DNA from: Bacteroidales bacterium
Lineage (GTDB): Bacteria; Bacteroidota; Bacteroidia; Bacteroidales; WCHB1-69
Direction of reading: 5' to 3'
DNA length: 64,000 bases
Assembly (NCBI GenBank): GCA_024686335.1
Contig: JAILCI010000040.1
Coordinates: forward strand, 73,680-137,679
The notes under the pieces were generated by a model that was not told where the DNA came from, did not search any database, and saw only the letters and a program-made list of their open reading frames with translations. Of this stretch, positions 30,837 through 42,700 are shown one piece after another (the first letter of the stretch is position 1; each line of letters starts with the position of its first letter). The position numbers and the translations under genes are program-made.

Positions 30837-30870
30837 AAAAAAAGTGCCACCGGGGAGGAGGCACTTTTTT
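30837..30870 (-). terminator. Intrinsic terminator downstream of lpxC
   Basis: AAAAAAGTGCC-loop-GGCACTTTTTT. Confidence 0.8.
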
Positions 30871-30951
30871 CAAACCATTAACCTATGTAAGATACTTGAA
30901 AACTTTGCATTTTCAAAATCATTTATTTCTTACGAACAATGTTTCAAAAAG

Positions 30952-31869
30952 TTACAAAAAAAATTCATCGCTCTCCAAAATCATCTTTGCGAAGGCTGTA
31001 TTAGCGAAGTGACCTGGACGGTTAGCGACGATCTCTGCCTGCAACGGAACCCCTAATAAATAGAGGTCTCCAACAAGGTCGAGCAGCTTGTGTCTTGCAG
31101 GCTCATTAGGGTGTCTAAGTGACGTATTATTAAGGATATGATCCGGCGTCACCTCGACCATTTTTTTCTGGAAAAAGGTTGCCAATTGTTTGAGAACAGC
31201 CTTATCCGGCACCTGATCTACAAAAACAATAGCATTGTCCAGGTCACCACCTTTCACCAAATTATTGGCGATGAGGAACTGCAGTTCGCGCAAGAAGACG
31301 AAGGTGCGGCAGTCGTAGAACTCGGGGTAGAAATATTGGATATTGTCGAGCACGGCCGTCTGGGCAGCGAGGACCTTCGTGCCATAGTCGACGTTGACGG
31401 TCATCTTGAAATGGTCGGCGGGACGGATGGTCAGTTCTATCTGCTGTTCAGGGACCGAGAAGGTGATCTCCTTGCGGACCTTGCCGACGCGCTGAGGTGC
31501 GTCGAGTTCGCGCAAGCCAGCCTCTTTGAGCATCTCAACATAGACACGGGAACTACCGTCAAGGATAGGGGTCTCCATGCCATGGACATGGACGAGCACG
31601 TTGTCGATGCCGAGACCAGCAAGGGCGGCCATCAGATGTTCGATAGTATGGACGACGGCATCACCATCTTTGATAGAAGTGCCGCGGGAAGTGTCAAAAA
31701 CATTGAGCGGAGAAGCCTTGACCGTGGGTTGGCCAGGGAGATCGTCACGCATGAATACTATGCCGCTGTTAGCGGGTGCAGGTTCAAAGGTGACCGTGAC
31801 CTGTTGACCTGTATGAAGTCCTTTACCTGAAATAGAAATGGACGAGTGAACAGTTTTTTGAAGATTCAT
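30952..31869 (-). CDS. lpxC: UDP-3-O-acyl-GlcNAc deacetylase (no FabZ fusion)
   Basis: QKT...GKGLHTG, TIEHLMAALAGLGIDN, ETPILDGSS, CRTFVF, GGDLDNA, EPARHKLLDLVGDL, PGH..N. Confidence 0.92.
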   Translation of the reverse strand: MNLQKTVHSSISISGKGLHTGQQVTVTFEPAPANSGIVFMRDDLPGQPTVKASPLNVFDTSRGTSIKDGDAVVHTIEHLMAALAGLGIDNVLVHVHGMETPILDGSSRVYVEMLKEAGLRELDAPQRVGKVRKEITFSVPEQQIELTIRPADHFKMTVNVDYGTKVLAAQTAVLDNIQYFYPEFYDCRTFVFLRELQFLIANNLVKGGDLDNAIVFVDQVPDKAVLKQLATFFQKKMVEVTPDHILNNTSLRHPNEPARHKLLDLVGDLYLLGVPLQAEIVANRPGHFANTAFAKMILESDEFFL

Positions 31870-31891
31870 ATAGCTAATATTCAGAAAAGGG

Positions 31892-32908
31892 TTATCGATT
31901 ATCTTTTAAGTCTTTCAGATCTTGGTAAATCTCGGGGAGACGACGACGTAAGACTATCAGTTCTTTCTCGCGATCTGCGGAGATGGCGGGGCTGCCAAGG
32001 TATATGCCGCTCTTAAGAGAACGGGTGACACCTGACTGAGCGCCCACAATAGTCTTGTCGGCGATTTGAATGTGTCCTGCCACACCAGTCTGTCCAGCGA
32101 AGATGCAGTGTTTGCCAATCTTAGCAGATCCGGCCACACCTGATTGAGCAGCAAAGGCAGTGCCCTCACCGACCTCAACATTATGTGCAATCTGAACCAA
32201 ATTGTCAATTTTTACATAGTCAGCAATCTTTGTGGAGCCCATAGTAGCACGATCGACACAGGTGTTGGCGCCAATCTCGACATGGTTACCGATAACTACA
32301 TTACCGATCTGAGGTATTTTGAGATATTGTCCGTCTTGGTTAGCGAAACCGAAGCCGTCAGCGCCGATGACGCATCCAGCATGCAAGATGCAGTCGTCAC
32401 CGACCACACACTGTTCATAGATAGTGACGCCGGCGAAAAGGGTTGTCTTGTTGCCAACGCGTGCGCCATCGCCCACACATACATGCGGATAGAGACGAGC
32501 TCCGTCGCCAATGACGGCATTCTCTCCAATGCTGACAAATTCAGCAATATAGACGTTCTGGCCTATCTTCGCGCTCTCAGCTATGCAGGCATGCGGGGAG
32601 ATGCCCGTCTTGGCCTTGGCGGCCTGCTGCTCCTGATAGAAGTTAAGCAACTGAGCGAAGGCAATATAGGAGTTCTCCACTTTGATGAGCACACAGGGAA
32701 CCTCCGACTCCGGGACGAAGTCTTTGTTCACAATAGCGGCTGATGCTTTAGTGGTATAGATATAATGTGTATATTTCGGATTTGAGAGAAAAGTGAGCCC
32801 GCCGGGCGCACCTTCTTCAATTTTACAGATGGTGGAAATCTCTACTGAAGCATCTCCAACCACCTCTGCTGAAAGCAGTTGTGCGATTTGTGCTACTGTA
32901 TATTTCAT
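31892..32908 (-). CDS. lpxD: UDP-3-O-(3-hydroxymyristoyl)glucosamine N-acyltransferase
   Basis: LTFLSNPKY, hexapeptide repeats, IGADGFGFA, KIPQIGNV, EIGANTCVDRA, KIDNLVQIAHNV. Confidence 0.95.
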   Translation of the reverse strand: MKYTVAQIAQLLSAEVVGDASVEISTICKIEEGAPGGLTFLSNPKYTHYIYTTKASAAIVNKDFVPESEVPCVLIKVENSYIAFAQLLNFYQEQQAAKAKTGISPHACIAESAKIGQNVYIAEFVSIGENAVIGDGARLYPHVCVGDGARVGNKTTLFAGVTIYEQCVVGDDCILHAGCVIGADGFGFANQDGQYLKIPQIGNVVIGNHVEIGANTCVDRATMGSTKIADYVKIDNLVQIAHNVEVGEGTAFAAQSGVAGSAKIGKHCIFAGQTGVAGHIQIADKTIVGAQSGVTRSLKSGIYLGSPAISADREKELIVLRRRLPEIYQDLKDLKDNR

Positions 32909-32951
32909 ATCTCAGAATTGAACGGCAAAAATAACAATATTTTGCAAACAA

Positions 32952-33530
32952 TCATTCTTTAAAATCCAGACTCATTTTCCAATATAGGTAATTGAAGGCA
33001 ATACACTCCCCTACCCGCTTGAAACCGAGGCTTTGGTAAATGCGCTGACCCTGAAGATTCACCGGGTCTACAAGGAGTGTCACGGAAAGATCCGGGTATC
33101 TTTCTGCGACCCATTGGATGCGATGTTGCATCAAGCGGCGGCCGATGCCCTGACGACGGTATTGAGGGAGCACAGCCAGTGTGTCAAGGTAAAACTCGCC
33201 CTCACCTGCCTCATCGGCCATGGAGTCCACGTCCAGATCTTTGAAATTCTCGATATAGGGAAAAGTCTCGTTGCGCAGGGTGTGGTAAAGAGCGCCCTCG
33301 TAGGAAATCAAGGCGCCTACAGGATGTCCATCGACTTCTGCTACCAATGCATGCTGGAAACTGTATAGAGTGCCCTCACGGGCCGCCAAGGCAGCAATCT
33401 CTTTTGCCGTGGTTTCCAGTTTTTCATCCTGATGTTCAAAGATCTCAAAGCCGAGCCCCTCGCATACACAATGGCCTAGGAAATCAGCATCCTCTATAGT
33501 TGCCGGACGAATTGTCTCTAGCGTCATCAT
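32952..33530 (-). CDS. GNAT family N-acetyltransferase
   Basis: IRPATIED, EFYLDTLAVLPQYRRQGIGRRL, YQSLGF. TATTTTTG box at 33550-33557. Confidence 0.85.
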   Translation of the reverse strand: MMTLETIRPATIEDADFLGHCVCEGLGFEIFEHQDEKLETTAKEIAALAAREGTLYSFQHALVAEVDGHPVGALISYEGALYHTLRNETFPYIENFKDLDVDSMADEAGEGEFYLDTLAVLPQYRRQGIGRRLMQHRIQWVAERYPDLSVTLLVDPVNLQGQRIYQSLGFKRVGECIAFNYLYWKMSLDFKE

Positions 33531-33595
33531 TTCACAATTTTTCATGCGGCAAAAATACAAAAATCTATCACGGGTCTGCTCGCCACCCTGCACCT

Positions 33596-33651
33596 GTAGG
33601 GTCGATGCGTGCATCGACCATCCTCGGAGCAATCTGCGTCCTCGCAGATTG
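33596..33651 (+). repeat. Dispersed GTAG REP abutting a CGGAG-tagged hairpin
   Basis: Exact copy of the RAYT REP at 33596-33619, then CGGAG-CAATCTGCG-TCCT-CGCAGATTG at 33625-33651. Confidence 0.85.
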
Positions 33652-33679
33652 TTATATTCAAAACACAGATTCGACCAAA

Positions 33680-33712
33680 TAAAAAGAGAGGATGCATAGC
33701 GACATCCTCTCT
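33680..33712 (-). terminator. Intrinsic terminator of the giant gene
   Basis: Minus strand GAGAGGATG-loop-CATCCTCTC-TTTTT, about 25 bp after the stop. Confidence 0.8.
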
Positions 33713-33736
33713 AATAATTTCATCCGTAAAGAAAGA

Positions 33737-36700
33737 CTACTCTTTCTCCTTGATACATCTGATGCTGTATCCGTTAGGATTGTTGGAGGAGACGTTCGTC
33801 ACGCGGAGACAGTTGACGGTGAGTTCGATCTCTACCGGCACCACGGTGCCACCAACGGTGGTCGTTGCCCAGTAGTAATCCATCAAGGTCATGTCTTCGT
33901 AACGATCCAAAGCGCCGTTGTACTTGCCACCAGGCAGGCCGGTGAAGCCCGTGGTGTTGGTACCAGCACCGTCAACCCACAAGGTGGTTGCACGCAATGC
34001 GTCAGGACCGTAAGCGTTCAGTTCCTCGTACTGCTCCTTAGTCGGCAGATACCAACCGTTAGGACAGATACCCGGCACGTGACCGTAACTGTTCGTCGTT
34101 CCACCATTGACAGCTGCTTCCCATGTGTACAAGTGACCGTAAGTAGCCAGGTTGGCTGCCTCGTCGTTGTAGTACAACGGTGAGTAGTACGTCATCACAT
34201 CCGGAATGTCAGCACCGCCAACATAGTGCTCGGACTTGAGGTTGGTCTTCGTCCAGCACTCGCAACCGATACGCACGCTCTCGTAAGTGATGTTGTCGGC
34301 ATCCGTTGCCGTAGGACATTCTGGGAAGTTGACTGTCACAGTCTGAGGACATGTGGCCATCACATTGCCGCAAGTGTCTGACAATGTCCAAGTGATGGTA
34401 TGATCACCCACTGCCAACGGATTCTGGCTTGCCAGGTCGTTGGCAACGACATAGCTGTTAGGCGTCATGCCTGTGCCTACCGTTGCTTCGCCTGTCAGCG
34501 TGTACTCGATGTCGCACTCGCCGAAGTTCAGCGTCACGGTCTCATTGGCAGGACAGGTGAAGTCCGTGAAGTTGGTCACCTCCAGAGTACCGGCGTGACG
34601 TACAATGGTGTACTGGTCGGTAACATCCGTGGTACCGTCCTTCATGACAATCACTGCACCGATGGTGTGCTCGGAAGTGCCCACGCAGGTCTGGCTGCCG
34701 GCATGTGCGATAGTGGCAACATCGCCAGTTGCTAGACTGTCAACAGCGGCAATCGTGTAACCATTGCTGGTCAGAGCAGTACCGTCGTAAACCTTGGTGG
34801 CATCAGCAGCAGTGATGTCCAAAGTGCGCAGGGTGATATCCAACTTGAGGTTGTAGGAAACCGAGTAGTTGGAGATACCCTTCGTCGTGCCGAACGGAGT
34901 CGTGATGTTGGCAACACCGGAAACCGGTGCCATGCTCAACATTGCGAAGCCGCTAGGTGTGAAGACGTAGGTGTAGGTGCCAACTCTGAAGTCGGATGTG
35001 GTAACCTCACCGGCATTCAGGGCGTCACCATCAACAAGACCGGTAACCACCACGTCAGCGCTTGTGTAGTCTACAACAAACGGTGTGCCGTCGTAAATCT
35101 TGGATGCATTGGAGATGGTGATGGTCAAGTTGGCAGGAGTGATGATCAGAGCGCCAGGCACCAAAGTGATATTGTAGTTGGATGTCACATCCTCAGTACC
35201 ATTCATAATCTTGTTAGTACCAGAGAATACGCCATCGTAAGTACCTACATTCGTGCCGGTAGCGCTATAGGTGGTAGTCCAAGTGTGACCAGCCACCAGG
35301 TTATCAGCAGTAACACCAGTTATTGTCTGAGCTGCACCAGTGTATACCACGCTGCTGGATTCACCCGTCAGAGTCAACGGACGAGCCGTCACTGCCAGGG
35401 TGCCTTCCACCTTAGTTACGTTAGTGTAATAGGTAGAGGTGGCGATGGTATAATCGAATGTATTGTCAGCAGTACCCACATTCGTAATGCTTGCAGGTGT
35501 CGTCACCGTGATGATGTCACCGTTCGGCAATTCGAACTTCGTGCTGTCGGTAGCCAGACGTGCCACAGCGACACCGTCGAAGGTTACAGAGTAGCTCGGG
35601 TAGGTATGAGCCTCACCGTCATAGGTCCAACTTTGAGAGTTGGAGGTGATGACCACAGGCAGACTGATACCAGAGACTACCAACTGACCGAATGTCACGG
35701 TGATGTCATAGTTGTTGGCATTGGTACCAGAATTGAGTGTGTAGGTGAAGCTGTTGTCGCTATGACCGATTTCGGTCTGGGTGCCGGTGAAGGTGTAAGT
35801 AGCGCCTTGACCAGATACCCAGCCAGTCTCAACTGCGAGCGGTTCAGTACCGTTCACGAGCGGAGTACCGTCATAGGTCTTAGACAGCGTTGCTGATGTC
35901 AGAGTCACAGGACGTCTTGTCACGCTCAAAGAGAAGACAGAATCCACAGGGTTGTAGTTCGGGCAGGTAGCCGTCACTTTAACCATTATGGTGTCAACGT
36001 CGGTGACAGACGGAACAACGGTAGAAGGAGTCCAGGTGGTGCCGCCGTCAGTGCTGTACTGGTAGGTTACGGTCGGCGTTGAAGTGCCGTAAGGAGCATC
36101 AGCGGTGCTGGTGCCACTCAAGGCAGTGCCGTCATAAACCTGAGTACGCTCCGTCGGAGGAGTGATAGTCAAAGCATCGCTTGGAGTCACAGCCTGATAA
36201 CCGTCGGTAACCGTGAAGGTCACGCCAGAGAAGTTAGTGTTCGTGTTGGTGAACTGAGTAGCAAGCAAGCCCATGTTTGTGGTGCCGACATCCGTTCTGG
36301 AAGCACTTGCGGTGCCGCTGAATGAGAAGTCGCTGGCCACATTATACAGCGTGCTGCTAGCAGTAGCAACATAACCGGTGGTGGTGTAAGCAGTACCGTT
36401 GTATACATCGGTACTGTTGTTACCAACGATGGTCACCGTCACGCCAGTGAGCGGATTAACGGTCAGAGTGCCTGCCGTTGTCGTGATGGTGTAGTCACCG
36501 GCTTGAGTATCGCTGTTCAATGTGTAGGTAAAGGCGTTGCTGGAGAAACCGGCATTGGTCTGAGTACCTGTCACACTGTAAGAAGCGCCCTCGCCCGTCA
36601 CGAAACCGTCGCCGCCGACAGTCACGGTATTGTTGGTCAATGCCGTGCCGTCATAGACCTTGCTGTCGGTTGCAGATGTCAAGGTTACGTTACGTTTCGT

Positions 36701-39700
36701 CACCTCAAGAATACCGTTTACAGGAGTTGCAAAGGTGTAGTTTGCAGTCACGTCGGTGGTACCGCGCATTACCTTGTAGGAAGTCACCACGTTGTTGGCA
36801 GTACCCACATGCGTGATGGTACCTTCCACAGTGGCGGTCAAGACATCACCTGTCAACAGGACACCCGTAGTGTAGGTGTAGCCAGCGTCAGTCAAGGCGC
36901 TTCCGTCATAGGTCTTATTGTCGGAATCAGCAGTAATAATGATCGGGGTTGTGATCGGGGTTACTGTCTGGTAACCGTCAACAACCGTGAAGGTCACTTC
37001 GGCGAAGTTGGTGTTCGTGTTGGTGAACATAGCGGCGGTCAGGCCCATATTCGTCGTACCGACATCCAGGCGAGAGGCTGAAGCCGTACCACTGAAGGTA
37101 AAGTCAGTATTGACGTTATACAGACTGTTGTCTGCCGTAGCAACATAACCAGTCGTCGTATAGGTTGTGCCGTTGTAAACATTTGAGTTTTGATTACCGG
37201 TGATGGTCACAACCACGCTGTTGACTGAATGTACGGTCAAGGTACCCTCTGTCTTGGTGATATTGTAATCACCTGCAGAGGTGTTGCTGTTCAGCGTATA
37301 GGTGAAGGTGTTGGCGGATGCTCCAGTTGCCAACTGGCTACCCGTCACATTGTAGGTTGCACCCTCGCCATCAGCGAAGCCGTCGCCGCCGACAGTCACA
37401 GTACTGTTGGTCAATGCTGTACCGTCAAACACTTTGCTGTCTGTTGCAGATGTCAAGGTTACGTTACGTTTCGTCACCTCAAGAGTACCGTTCACAGATG
37501 TTGCAAAGGTGTAGTTTGCGGTCACGTCTACAGCGCCGCGCATTACCTTGTAGGAGGTCACCACATTGTTGGCAGTGCCCACATGAGTGATGGTACCTTC
37601 CACAGTAGCGGTCAGCACATCACCAGTCAGGAGAACACCGTCAGTGAAGGTATAACCGGCATTGGTCAATGCACTTCCGTTATACTTTCTAGTGTCAGAG
37701 TTAGCCGTGATGGTAATCGAAGTCGTAATCGGAGTCACAGTCTGATAACCATCTGCTGTAACCGTGAAGGTAACACCGGAGAAGTTGCTGTTCGTGTTGG
37801 TGAACTGAGTAGCAAGCAAGCCCATGTTCGTGGTGCCGACATCCGTTCTGGAAGCACTTGCGGTGCCGCTGAATGAGAAGTCGCTAGCCACATTATACAG
37901 CGTGCTGTTAGCAGTAGCAACATAACCGGTGGTAGTGTAAGCAGTACCGTTGTATACATTGGTATTGTGGTTACCAACGATGGTGACCGTAACGCCAGTG
38001 AGCGGGCTGATGGTCAGCACGCCAGGTGTCAACGTGATGGTGTAGTTGTCCGTCACATCGACAGTGCCGTTCATAATGCTATTGGTACCAGAGAATGAAC
38101 CATTATAGTCACCGGCATTGGTACCTGCAGCCGCGTATGCGATGGTCCAGGTATGACCGCTCACAAGGTTGTCGGCAGTGATGCCCGTGATGGACTGCTC
38201 CGTACCGTTGTAGGTGCGCGTTGCAGTCTCACCGGTCAGGGTCACCGGACGCTTGCTGATGGCGATAGTGCCCTCATTGGCGGTAATGGCGGTGTAGAAG
38301 GTCTGGTTCTCGATAGAGTAAGCATAAGTGTTGGCAACACCGGCAGTGTAGTCGGTTACGCTGGCAGGCGTGCTGATGGTCAGCGTGTCGCCTGTAGGCA
38401 GCTTGAATCTGGTGCTGTCGCCCGTGATGTGGGCAACCTCGGCACCGGCATAGGTCACCGTGTAGCTCGGATAGGTGTGGGCCTCTCCGTCATACGTCCA
38501 GGTCTTGCTGTTGGAGTTGATGACCAGGGCGCTGGTGTTGGCGGTCACCTCAAGGGTACCAGGCGTTGTCGTGATGTTGTAGTTGTTGGCATCGGTGTTG
38601 GCGTTCAGCGTATAGGTGAAGGTATTGTCGGATTGACCAACCTCCGTCTGGCTGCCCGTCACACTGTAGGTAGCGCCCTCGCCGTCTGCGAAGCCGTCGC
38701 CGCCGACAGTCACGGTACTGTTGGTCAATGCCGTGCCGTCATAAGGCTTGGTGTCGCCTGCAGAGGTCAGGGTCACATTGCGTCTCGTCACGCTCAACGT
38801 GAAGACAGAATCCACAGAGTTGTAGTTCGGGCAGGTTGCCGTCACCTTAACCATGATGGTGTCCACATCGGTGATGGACGGAGCATCGGTAGTTGATGTC
38901 CAGGTGTTACCGCCATCCGTGCTGTACTGGTAGGTTACGGTCGGAGCGGTGGTGCCGTAAGCAGCCGCTGCCGAGCTGGTGCCTGCCAGTTCAGTGCCGT
39001 CGTATGTCTTCGTGCGCTCCGTCGGAGGAGTGATGGTCAGGGCATCGCTCGGCGTAATTGCCTGGTAGCCATCCGTCACATTGAAGGTCACTGTCGTGAA
39101 GTTGTCGTTCGTGTTGGCGAACTGACTTGCAGCAAGGCCCATGAACGTGGTATCCACATCCGTTCTAGTTGCTGTAGAGTCTCCGCTGAACGTGAAATCG
39201 TCGACGGTGTACAGCTGGTTGCTGATGGCAACATCGTAGCCATGTACGCTGTGTGCGGTACCGTCATAGGTCGTAGTGTTGTTATGACCGGTGATGGTGA
39301 CCACAACCACGTCAATAGGCGTGATCGTCTGGTAACCGTCCGTGACGTTGAAGGTCACCGTACCGAAGTTGCTGTTCGTGTTGGTGAACTGGTTCTCGGT
39401 TCCTGCGTCTGTACCCTTCAAATTCATATAGGTCGTACCCTCTACCATTCTGGCAGCTGTCGAGTCGCCACTGAAGGAGAAGTCGTTGATGGTGTACAGC
39501 GGAGTGCTGAATGTCGCATCATAGCCATGGACACTGTGCTCAGCACCGTCATAGGTCGTGGTGTTGCTATGACCGGTGATGGTAACGGTAACGTCGATCG
39601 GAGTAATCACCTGGTAACCGTCAGTAACGTTGAAGGTCACCGTACTGAAGTTCGTGTTCGTGTTGGTGAACTGGCCTGCAGCAAGACCCATATCGGTCTG

Positions 39701-42700
39701 GCCATCGGTGTCCGTACCCTCCACAACATTCGTTCTGGTGGCGCTGGCGGTTCCGCTGAACGTGAAGTCAACGGTCTCGCCTGTCACCTTGTACAGCGTG
39801 TTCTCCGTAGTGGCCGTGTAGCCCTCCACAGTATGAGCCGTACCGTCGTATGCGTTCGTAGCAGTGTTACCAACGATGGTCACTTCCGCCGTAATCGGGG
39901 TAATTACCTGATAACCGTCAGTAACATTGAAGGTCACCGTACTGAAGTTCGGATTAGCATTGGCGAACTGGCTGGCAGCAAGACCCATATCGGTCTTTCC
40001 GTCAGTGTCCGTACCCTCCACAACATTCGTTCTGGTGGCACTTGCTGTTCCGCTGAACGTGAAGTCAACGGTCTCGCCTGTCACCTTGTACAGCGTGCTC
40101 TCCGTAGTGGCCGTGTAGCCCTCCACAGTATGAGACTCACCGTCGTATGCGTTCGTCGCCGTATTACCAACGATGGTAACTGCCGCCGTAATCGGGGTAA
40201 TTACCTGATAGCCGTCAGTAACATTGAAGGTAACAGTAGCAAAGTTCGGATTGGCATTGGCGAACTGGCCTGCAGCAAGACCCATGTCGGTCTTTCCGTC
40301 AGTGTCAGTACCCTCCACAACATTCGTTCTGGTGGCGCTGGCGGTTCCGCTGAACGTGAAGTCAACAGTCTCACCTGTCACCTTGTACAGCGTGCTCTCC
40401 GTAGTGGCCGTGTAGCCCTCCACAGTATGAGCCGTACCGTCGTATGCGTTCGTAGCAGTGTTACCAACGATGGAAACCGTCACGTCGATCGGAGTAATTA
40501 TTTGGTAACCGTCCGTAACCTCGAAGGTCACTGTACCGAAGTTCGGATTGGCATTGGCGAACTGGCCGGAAGCGAGACCCATGTCGGTCTTTCCGTCCGT
40601 ATCCTCGCCCTCCACAACATTCGTTCTGGTGGCGCTGGCGGTTCCGCTGAACGTGAAGTCAACAGTCTCGCCTGTCACCTTGTACAGCGTGCTCTCCGTA
40701 GTGGCCGTGTAGCCCTCCACAGTATGAGCCGTACCGTCGTATGCGTTCGTCGCCGTGTTACCAACGATGGCAACCGTCACGTCGATCGGAGTAATTATTT
40801 GGTAACCGTCAGTAACAGTGAAGGTGACAGTAGCAAAGTTCGGGTTATTGTTGACGAAGGATGCGCTGGTCAAGCCCATGTCGGTCTTTCCGTCCGTATC
40901 CTCGCCCTCCACTACATTCGTTCTGGTGGCGCTGGCAACCACGCCTGTAGCAAGACCGAAGTCATTTGCAGTGTATAAAGTGCTGCTGATAGCATCCACT
41001 GTATAACCCTCGACAGTGTGAGCCGTGCCGTCGTACGGCAGTGTGCTGTTGTTACCATGCAACGTAACCGTCACGTCGATCGGATTAATCTTCAACTCCC
41101 CATTCACCTTGCTAACATTATAGTAGCAGGTCACATCGGTCTCATCGCGCATCACTTTCACTGAGGAAACGGTGTTGGTCTGCGTGCCAGCTTCGGTAAT
41201 ACTACCCGTAACCACTGCAGTGACCACGTCACCGTTGATCAAAGCATGACCGTTAGCAGCATCAGCAGCAGCGACGTTGTAGCTTTCAGTGCCGAAAGCG
41301 ATGTTGTAACCGGCATCGGTGTGAGCAGTTCCATCATAATCCCAGGTATGATCAACAGCCGTTACCGTTAAGGTCTGGGCTATTTGCTCAACAGTTTGGG
41401 TGGTGGAGACTTTACAACCCTTACTGTCAGTTACGGAGATGGAGTAGCTGCCATCAGCCAAGTTGCTGATGGTATATACGCCATTGCCGAGAGAACCTGT
41501 ACTGCCGTTGGCATTCCATGTAACAGTATAGTTAGGTGTACCGGCAGCCAGATTCAAGGTGATGAAACCATCAGCCGTATTGAAACACTGGCTGTTGTAA
41601 TCTGTAACCTCAACAGTAGGTTTCGGGAATACATTCACTGTGGTAGTGGATGTAGTCGTACAGTTATTGCCATCTTTGAAGGTTACCGTAACGGTCTTCT
41701 CCCCTACTGAGCTCCATTGAGCCTCAATAGCATCGGTTTCACCCGTAAAGGTTCCGTCTTGACCAACGGTCCATACATAATCGCTCATTCCACTCTGCGT
41801 GGAGAGGTTGAATGTGGTGTTGGCCTCGGAAGTGTCGATACATACGTCGCCACCTGTCAAGGTCGGAACCGTCAAGGCATTCACCGTGATGGTCTTGGAT
41901 GCAGGTGTCGGGTTGGTACAACCGTTAGCATTCTTGTAGTTGACCGTGACGGTCTTGCTACCCGTAGTGGTCCAGGTCAAGGTAACCGTACTATCTGTTG
42001 ACGTACCGCCAGAGACCACGGTTGCATCACCCGTATTCCACACATAGTCGGTCATACCCGGCTGAGTCTTCAGCGTCAACTCCGTATTGGTGGCGGAAGT
42101 GCTGATACAGATATTATCCGCACCCTCAATAGTCGGGATCGGGTTCGGATATACTGTCACGGCATGTTCTGTAGCGGTCGGATTGGTACAGCCAGCTGCA
42201 TTGGTGTAGTTCACTGTAACAGTCTTGGCGCCGTCAGAAGTCCACTCTACCGTAATGGCATTCGTACCGGAACCGCTGATAATGTTACCGCCGTTTACAG
42301 ACCAAATATAGCTGGTCATATTAGATTCGGTGCTCAGACTCAGCACATCGGTCGTGCTGGAGTTGCTGACACAGATAGCATGATCACCTGTTATAGTAGG
42401 AGTAGAGATGTCATTGACTGTGATAGTAGCAGAAATGCTGGCCGTACAGTTGTCACTATTCGTCATGGCAACGGTGACGGTTTTGGCACCTGCTTGAGTC
42501 CAATATGCGGTAAGACTAGAGGTGCCCTGGCCGGCAGAAATCGTACCGTCAGATTCAGCCAATGTCCATACGTATGAACTCATACCTGAATTGGTATTTA
42601 AGGTAATCGTATTATTAGTAGTAGAACCGTATACACAGACAGCGCTGTTGCTCAGTACCGGAACAGGGACAGCCTTCACTTGAACCACCTTGGTAGTGGT

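Noticed and set aside
33737-34300. Diversity-generating retroelement target in the FISUMP-like C-terminus
   Set aside because: No reverse transcriptase and no adenine-variant template repeat are visible in the window. A trans-acting DGR cannot be excluded without a genome-wide BLASTN of the last ~150 bp.
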